A stretch of DNA of 64,000 nucleotides from the NCBI GenBank assembly GCA_049472355.1, contig JBLIRP010000007.1:1-64000 (forward strand), read 5' to 3'. This document shows positions 57,923 through 64,000 of the stretch, in pieces. The first letter of the stretch is position 1, and each line of letters opens with the position of its first letter. The notes below the pieces were generated by a model. The model had not been told where the DNA came from, did not search any database, and saw only the letters and a program-made list of their open reading frames with translations. This stretch comes from a bacterium. GTDB taxonomy: Bacteria > SZUA-182 > DTGQ01 > JAFGSM01. A program made the translations under genes and the position numbers.

Positions 57923-58489
57923 ATGCATGGAAGGAAAGAAAACCTGCGTTGCGCAGTGCTCATCATTGCGCTCTTCATAGCCGTCATGGTGATCCCCTCC
58001 GGAACCGCCCAGGCACAGTACTGGCAGGCGATTCCGCCGTATAATCTGCTGTGGCCCCTGTGGTCTCCGGCCCTTTCGCCGACGAATCCCGTAACCGGCG
58101 TACCGACCCCGCTGGTAAGCACCCTCACCAGCGGAACGGTTCTTCCTGCTCAACCCGCCCTTTTGTGGGATCCCTCGTATGAATTGCCCTACCTTCTGTA
58201 CAATGTGCCTGTTGCCTATGGCGGCGGCATGGTATACTTTGATCCCTATTTCGGGCTTAATCCATTCCCGCCCCCGTATCTGCTCGATCCCATTACCGGT
58301 TCACCCAATCCCCTGACCCTTCCCACGGGATTTGCATCGCTCTCGCCCACCCCCCTGCAGACCACCAATCTCTTTTATGCAAACCTGCTCTATATATCCG
58401 AGTATCCGTATATTGCCCTGGGGGTGCTCAACAGGATCACCAATCTCTTGACACCCGGCGAGATATGGGGATTGACGCCGTTGATTTAG
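57923..58489 (+). CDS. Secreted Pro-rich protein, PPYNLLWPLWSP family, paralog 2
   Basis: AGGAGG-N7-ATG, 31-aa signal peptide (AQA|Q), shared motifs. Confidence 0.9.
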   Translation: MHGRKENLRCAVLIIALFIAVMVIPSGTAQAQYWQAIPPYNLLWPLWSPALSPTNPVTGVPTPLVSTLTSGTVLPAQPALLWDPSYELPYLLYNVPVAYGGGMVYFDPYFGLNPFPPPYLLDPITGSPNPLTLPTGFASLSPTPLQTTNLFYANLLYISEYPYIALGVLNRITNLLTPGEIWGLTPLI

Positions 58490-58535
58490 TGCCCGACACC
58501 GCCTTGATTGTCGTTTTGTTGTAGGAGGTAGGTAC

Positions 58536-59102
58536 ATGTTATTAAAAAGACAGATCGTGATAAAAGGGGGGACGGGGCTGTTGCTCCTCATCGCCATGTT
58601 TTTGATCGCCTCGCCTGCAGTACAGGCGCAGAACTGGGTCCCGATACCTCCCTATAACCTGCTGTGGCCCCTGTGGTCTCCTGCCCTCTCTCCGCCGGAT
58701 GCCGTAACCGGGATACCGATACCGCTCCTCAACTCGCTCAACAGCCAGACACTGCTCCCCGTGCAGCCGGTGCTTATGTGGGACCCTGTTATACGGGATT
58801 TTCCGTACATGCTGTACAACATTCCCCAACCCTTGGGCGGTGGAATGGTCTTTTTTGATCAGTACTACGGCCTCAATCCCTGGCCGCCCCCGTATCTGAC
58901 CGATCCTGTCACCGGATCGCCTGTTCCCATTACGCTGCCGACGGGGTTTGCCGCACTTTCCCCTACGCCCCTTGATCCCTTTGCCGACTATGTGACCCTG
59001 GCCAACCTGTACTTTCTTTCAGAATATCCGGCGGTTTTATTTCCCACGTCCCTCTCCCGCCTGTTGACAACGGCCGAGCTTTGGGGGCTCCCTCCCCTGT
59101 GA
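58536..59102 (+). CDS. Secreted Pro-rich protein, PPYNLLWPLWSP family, paralog 3
   Basis: AGGAGG-N7-ATG, 31-aa signal peptide (VQA|Q), shared motifs. Confidence 0.9.
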   Translation: MLLKRQIVIKGGTGLLLLIAMFLIASPAVQAQNWVPIPPYNLLWPLWSPALSPPDAVTGIPIPLLNSLNSQTLLPVQPVLMWDPVIRDFPYMLYNIPQPLGGGMVFFDQYYGLNPWPPPYLTDPVTGSPVPITLPTGFAALSPTPLDPFADYVTLANLYFLSEYPAVLFPTSLSRLLTTAELWGLPPL

Positions 59103-59212
59103 GGCAGCGTGCAGGATAAAGGGAAATGTGAGGATACGGTCAAAGGTGTATGACAACGATGTGAGAACAATACAACGATGTAGTATCGCTATGGTAATAA
59201 GGAGGATTTGAC

Positions 59213-59818
59213 ATGAATGGGACGAAAAGCTCATTGGCAAGGGTGGCAATGGCCATTGCCCTTTGTATGTTCGTGGCATTCATCTGCGCCGGCCGGGTTG
59301 GCGCGGTGCCCTTGACCACACTCATCGGAGGGGGAGGTGTGGGGACCACGAACTGGACACAACTGCCCCCCTACAATCTCCTGTGGCCGCTGTGGTCTCC
59401 GGTTCTTTCCCCTGTGGACGCGATTACCGGATTGCCCACGCCTATTGTTTCAAGCGTCAGCAACAACACCATCCTGCCCGTCCAGCCGGCCCTGTTTTGG
59501 GACCCTGCCAGGCAGTTCCCCTTTTTGCTTTACAACATCCCTGAGGTCTTCGGGGGAGGGCTCAGCTTTTTCGACGCGTACTATGGCCTCAACCCCTGGC
59601 CGCCGTCGTATCTCGTTGATCCGCTTACCGGCCTGCCTGCTCCCATCAGCCCTGCGGCCGGTTTTGCCACGCTGTCGCCGACGGCCATCCTCCCCGGATT
59701 CATATTCACCGGGAATCTGCTGTACAGCGAGCAATACGGCATCCCCGTAACGTCCCTGCTCACTGCGGGGGATATCTGGGGCCTGTCTCCCCTGGCCGGT
59801 CTTTTACCGGTGATATAA
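59213..59818 (+). CDS. Secreted Pro-rich protein, PPYNLLWPLWSP family, paralog 4 (N- and C-terminal extensions)
   Basis: AGGAGG-N7-ATG, 31-aa signal peptide (VGA|V), extra VPLTTLIGGGGVGT, shared motifs. Confidence 0.9.
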   Translation: MNGTKSSLARVAMAIALCMFVAFICAGRVGAVPLTTLIGGGGVGTTNWTQLPPYNLLWPLWSPVLSPVDAITGLPTPIVSSVSNNTILPVQPALFWDPARQFPFLLYNIPEVFGGGLSFFDAYYGLNPWPPSYLVDPLTGLPAPISPAAGFATLSPTAILPGFIFTGNLLYSEQYGIPVTSLLTAGDIWGLSPLAGLLPVI

Positions 59819-59852
59819 GGATTTTTTGGGGGGGCTCACATAGAGTCTGTCT

Positions 59853-59889
59853 GGCCATTCGTCGACCTGATCGGCGAATGGCCTTTTTT
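59853..59889 (+). terminator. Rho-independent terminator of the paralog array
   Basis: ggccattcgtcga-cctga-tcggcgaatggcc followed by tttttt. Confidence 0.8.
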
Positions 59890-60212
59890 CTTGCCCATTC
59901 GGCCGCACTCCGGCGCATTGCCGCGTGCTTTCCGAACAAACGCTCATGCCCTTTCAGTGCCCCACGAAGCATGAAAATATGTTTTGATTTTTGGAACAAA
60001 AACTGTCAATTCAAGACCTGATCCCAAGCCTGCATATTTTTCGTAATAAGGAACCATTCCCTTTGCATCGGAACCATCCTACAGCCGCCGTATACCTTGT
60101 GGATCACGGGTACAAGCTCGATGAACGGATCTGGGATCGGGGATTGCATGGATGGTCGAGACGAGAAGAAGGATGACTAACGGTGAAGGGTGATGCGACG
60201 AAGGGATGAGGA

Positions 60213-60992
60213 TTAAAGGTCTTCGATCAATCCTTTGAGTTCGTCGTGCTTCATGGGCCGCAGGATATAGAGAAACTTCTGTGCTGCGAGATCGATCTGT
60301 TTTTTCTTCTTCAGGGGTTTGCCCTTCCCGTCGATGAAGACCATGACCTTGGGGCGGAGGATGAGCCCCTTGTTGACCTTGTCCACTCTTCCTATCTCCC
60401 GTGTGGAGAGCATTACCCAGCTTCCCTCGGGATAGAGACTCAGTTCCTCCAGAAGGATCTTGGTGAGGTGCGGGGGAAAGAACATGTCGCTGTGCAGGAT
60501 GGAGAGCAGGGTCTCGCTGGGGACCATCGCATGACGGTACGAGGGCGGGTGGGTGAGGGCATCGTAGACGTCCGCGAGCCGGATGATCTGATCTATTTCC
60601 TCGTCATAGGTGATCCCGGTGAGCAATTCCTCGGGTAATTCCACGTCCTTTCGGGCATGGGTAAGGGCAAGCAGCCCCAACACCTTGAGCCGGGAGGTTT
60701 CGTATTCGAGCCTGATTCCTATCTTGATGGCAATGAGGCACACATTCAGCGAGTGGGCGAAGATGTAATCCTGTTCAAAGATCTTGCTGGTATAGAGCAG
60801 AAGGGGTTCATTCTCAACCGACAACCGGCAGATAATAAAATCCAGGAGGTTGGAGATGGACCTTTTGACCATTTCATTGTCGGTGGTCCCGGCAAGCCTC
60901 CGTATAATCGAAAGACAGCCGACGTAAATGTTTTCAATCTTCCGGGCGCCGGTTTCCGATATGCCCTTTTTAAGGTATGCCTTTTCCGTCAT
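60213..60992 (-). CDS. Degenerate HD-GYP-like protein
   Basis: HSLNV, LADVYDALT...YR and YPEGS.V.LS..E.G.V are retained; HD is replaced by HA and the HHE/GYP block is missing. Confidence 0.75.
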   Translation of the reverse strand: MTEKAYLKKGISETGARKIENIYVGCLSIIRRLAGTTDNEMVKRSISNLLDFIICRLSVENEPLLLYTSKIFEQDYIFAHSLNVCLIAIKIGIRLEYETSRLKVLGLLALTHARKDVELPEELLTGITYDEEIDQIIRLADVYDALTHPPSYRHAMVPSETLLSILHSDMFFPPHLTKILLEELSLYPEGSWVMLSTREIGRVDKVNKGLILRPKVMVFIDGKGKPLKKKKQIDLAAQKFLYILRPMKHDELKGLIEDL

Positions 60993-61369
60993 TGATTTAA
61001 GACTCTTTCGATCTTGGCTATCAAGTCACCCATATGGGGGGTCTTTCTCACGTAGTCAACCACACCCAAATTGCGGGCCAGCATCTCGTCCTCGTTTTCC
61101 TTGACCGCGGTGCACATGATGATGGGGATGGTACGCGTTTCCTCTATGCTTCTCAGCTTGAGAACGGTTGCCAGACCGTCCAGTTCGGGCATCATGACAT
61201 CCATGACGATGATATCCGGGGACATCTTTTTTGCCTGCTCAATACATTCAAGTCCGTTTTTTGCCTGAGTGACGCTGTATCTGTTGTCAGACAATATTCG
61301 CTTGAGCAAAAGGAGCATGTCCTCATCATCATCCACAACCAGAATCCTATTCTTTTTGCCGAAAAACAT
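60989..61369 (-). CDS. Single-domain response regulator receiver protein
   Basis: ILVVDDD, PDII.MDVMMP.LDG, IPIIMCTA, DYVRK. Confidence 0.93.
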   Translation of the reverse strand: MFFGKKNRILVVDDDEDMLLLLKRILSDNRYSVTQAKNGLECIEQAKKMSPDIIVMDVMMPELDGLATVLKLRSIEETRTIPIIMCTAVKENEDEMLARNLGVVDYVRKTPHMGDLIAKIERVLNQ

Positions 61370-61609
61370 GGTGTGCCCCTCTTCGGTTAAATTATATATG
61401 TATATATATCTATATCGTACATATTACCGTAAATATTTATACCAAAAAGCGGTTCGCGACAAAGGCTTGGGTGGACAGGTGCGGGAATCAGGAGTCGATA
61501 CGTGCGTGGTGCATGGCGGCAGGATGAATGAGCCGGTGAGGAGCAAGGGGTATTTTTATACATTCAATGAGATCGAGATCCATCCCGAAACGTGGTGGGA
61601 ACGGGGAAA

Positions 61610-62566
61610 TCAGTCGTTAACCGACGGTACGTGAGGCCTCTGCTGCTGCATCCAAAAGACATGCCGTATGCGGGATTTCCATTTTTTCATTGCAAGGCCC
61701 CTTTTGAGGGCGGGCAGGCATTCACGCGCAGACCTTTCCCCTGCCGTGATGCAATCATCAATCCTCTTGAAATCCGCCCAATTGATGGACTCCACTGCCG
61801 GTCGGATGATGAAATCGCCACTGGCCAGGCGTCTTGATTTGAGGATGGATCGGGTGATGGCATCAGCCCGGCACACGATGTCAAGGGAGTTCATGTAGGA
61901 TTTCGCGCTTTCCAGGTCCGAGCCCACATCCACGCCGATCACATAGTCGGCGCCCATGGCACATGCATCCTCCATCGGCACCTCCCTGGTCCATCCCCCG
62001 TCGATGCATATTCTGCCGTCAATCCGGATGGGGGGCAATATGCCGGGGATCGCCGCACTCGCCATAACGGCCTGCTTTATGGAACCCTGTGTAATCAGGA
62101 TTTCTTCGCAGGTATTGATATCGACGGTGGTTGCCCCGAATGCCACCTTCGTGTTCGAAATGTCAACGTCATCAAGGACATAACCGATATTTTTGGCGAA
62201 GGTTTCCTCCGAGATAAAGGAAAGCCTGGAGATTGCCATGCCATAGAATATCTTTTTTTTCATAAAATTAGAGAACCGGTAGAATATCCCCTCTCCCTCT
62301 GCGGATGCCTTTTCGGAGTTGGAAAGGAAATCGAATTTCGCCCTTTTGAATTCCTCGCTGCCCAGAAAATCACGGATACGCCCCTCCAGGGACAGGGCAT
62401 CGGGCTGGAGCGCGTACATGGCGCCTATGATCGCTCCCATGCTGCTTCCTACAATCATGTCGGGAAGGATTCCCTCCGACTCCAGGACCTTCAAAATACC
62501 GATGTGGGCCAACCCCCGTGCCGCACCTCCGCCGAGGGCAAGGCCCAATTTAAAATATCTGCTCAC
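61610..62566 (-). CDS. Patatin-like phospholipase
   Basis: ALGGGAARG.AHIG, GSSMG (GxSxG), DGG. GTG start after AGGAGG. Confidence 0.92.
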   Translation of the reverse strand: MSRYFKLGLALGGGAARGLAHIGILKVLESEGILPDMIVGSSMGAIIGAMYALQPDALSLEGRIRDFLGSEEFKRAKFDFLSNSEKASAEGEGIFYRFSNFMKKKIFYGMAISRLSFISEETFAKNIGYVLDDVDISNTKVAFGATTVDINTCEEILITQGSIKQAVMASAAIPGILPPIRIDGRICIDGGWTREVPMEDACAMGADYVIGVDVGSDLESAKSYMNSLDIVCRADAITRSILKSRRLASGDFIIRPAVESINWADFKRIDDCITAGERSARECLPALKRGLAMKKWKSRIRHVFWMQQQRPHVPSVND

Positions 62567-62981
62567 CGTCTTTGCCTCCTGCAAGCGCCGTGGGGATTTA
62601 CCTTCCCCTATCAGGCATATCCCGTTGGGAGAGTATTTCTCAAGGGGCCTTCCGAACGGCTTGCTCACTGGCGAGTGCCCCATGAGGATACAATGCTGAA
62701 ATGTCACAGTACAGTATTACGCAGTATGCGATTACCATTTATAACAAAAAACGATGGAAATATAAATATCGGCGGGGTGGGGCGCACAATCCGATATGGA
62801 CAATAGGGCGAATGATCATTATAATTCATTTTCATTTACGTCATACGTGGTCGGCAATTTAGATTTCGTGACTGTATTGTGGTGAGTAGATATGCCTGCT
62901 CACGCTTGCGGCATAACGATTCGACATTGGAATTGCCGGAGAATTACAGGAAACTGTGGAAGAACGTGAAGGGGAATGCGT

Positions 62982-64000
62982 ATGAAACGACGAAGGATCG
63001 GCATCCTTACCGGCGGAGGTGATTGCCCCGGGTTGAATGCGGTTATCCGTGGGGTGACCAAGACAGCCATTCTGCAATACAACATGGATGTGGTGGGTTT
63101 TTTCGACGGCTTCCTGGGGCTCATGGAGAATCGTTATACCTTTCTGACATACGAAGACGTTTCGGACATCCTTACCCGGGGAGGGACCATCCTCGGCACC
63201 AACAACAAGGCGAATCCCTTTCAGCATGTGGTGATAAGGAATGGCACAAGGATCGTAGATGATGTCTCAGATACGACCATGGGCCATTATCGCGATCTGG
63301 GCCTGGAGGCATTGATCGCGGTGGGGGGCGACGGCACCATGACCATAGCGGGTATGCTGGCGGAGAAGGGGGCGGCAATCATCGGCATCCCCAAGACAAT
63401 CGATAAGGATCTTGTGGAAACCGACACCACATTCGGTTTCGACACCGCCCGGCAGATTGCCACCGAGGGGATCGACCGGCTGCATACCACGGCCGAATCA
63501 CATCACCGGGTCATGGTGGTGGAGGTGATGGGGAGGAATGCCGGATGGCTGGCCCTCGAAGCGGGGATCGCGGGTGGGGGGGACATCATCCTCCTGCCTG
63601 AGCTCCCCTACCACATGGATGAAATCATCCGCGTGGTTCGAAAAAGGGCGGGAAAGGGCAAGCGGTTCAGCATTGTGGTGGCGTCCGAGGGTGCCCGGCC
63701 CGAGGGGGGAGCGCCGGTCATTCAGAGGATCGTGGAAGACAGCCACGAGCGGGTGCGTCTGGGAGGGATAAGCCACTTTATCGCGGAAAAGATAGAAGAC
63801 CTGACGAGTATCGAATGCCGGGTGACCATCCTGGGACATCTTCAGCGGGGCGGCACCCCCAGCGCACTCGATCGGTTTCTCGCCACCCGATTTGCCGTCA
63901 AGGGTATGGAGCTGGCGGCTCAGGGGGATTACAACCGGATGGTTGCCTTGAAGGGTGATGAGATCACCTGTGTTCCGCTCGCTGAGGTTGCGGGAAGGCA
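62982..64000 (+). CDS. pfkA: 6-phosphofructokinase (PfkA family), 3'-truncated by the window
   Basis: Read manually because it is missing from the ORF track: MKRRRIGILTGGGDCPGLNAVIR, GGTILGT, GGDGT, PKTID.D, EVMGRNAGW, LGHLQRGG. Confidence 0.95.
   Translation, partial: MKRRRIGILTGGGDCPGLNAVIRGVTKTAILQYNMDVVGFFDGFLGLMENRYTFLTYEDVSDILTRGGTILGTNNKANPFQHVVIRNGTRIVDDVSDTTMGHYRDLGLEALIAVGGDGTMTIAGMLAEKGAAIIGIPKTIDKDLVETDTTFGFDTARQIATEGIDRLHTTAESHHRVMVVEVMGRNAGWLALEAGIAGGGDIILLPELPYHMDEIIRVVRKRAGKGKRFSIVVASEGARPEGGAPVIQRIVEDSHERVRLGGISHFIAEKIEDLTSIECRVTILGHLQRGGTPSALDRFLATRFAVKGMELAAQGDYNRMVALKGDEITCVPLAEVAGR

Noticed and set aside
57289..59818. Paralog array as RiPP precursors, pilins or DGR targets
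   Set aside because: No modifying enzymes or reverse transcriptase nearby, no class III prepilin motif, and the leaders vary while the mature region is conserved, the reverse of RiPP precursors.

Overview
64 kb of chromosome from a GC-rich, diderm, probably anaerobic bacterium with a Deltaproteobacteria-like gene set (taxonomy is inference). The core is housekeeping: comEC, an acyl-CoA dehydratase activase, uppP-ftsK-lolA, pcm, def-fmt, CIRCE-controlled hrcA-grpE-dnaK-rsmE-htpX, mazG, khpA, split transketolase, ftsEX-envC-ctpA-yibQ-tsaD, mtgA, tonB, a patatin and pfkA. The left end has a partial WD40-repeat gene, an AT-richer block of orphan envelope genes, and two toxin-antitoxin-like pairs. 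The most unusual content is seven Sec-signal proteins with largely uncharged Gly/Pro/aromatic-rich regions. Four are tandem paralogs sharing a PPYNLLWPLWSP motif (57.3-59.8 kb). The others are a Gly/Tyr block-repeat protein behind a sigma54-type promoter, an FNYG/FNPG low-complexity protein, and a protein with a hidden 14-residue periodicity. Nearby are a sensor-less sigma54 activator with its own sigma54-type promoter, a SPOR-beta-barrel fusion and a 14-repeat Ca-binding-like protein. Together these suggest an uncharacterised extracellular structural system (sheath, coat, fibre or matrix); this is a hypothesis. No rRNA, tRNA, CRISPR array or intact transposase was recognised. All calls come from reading motifs by eye; no database searches were run.
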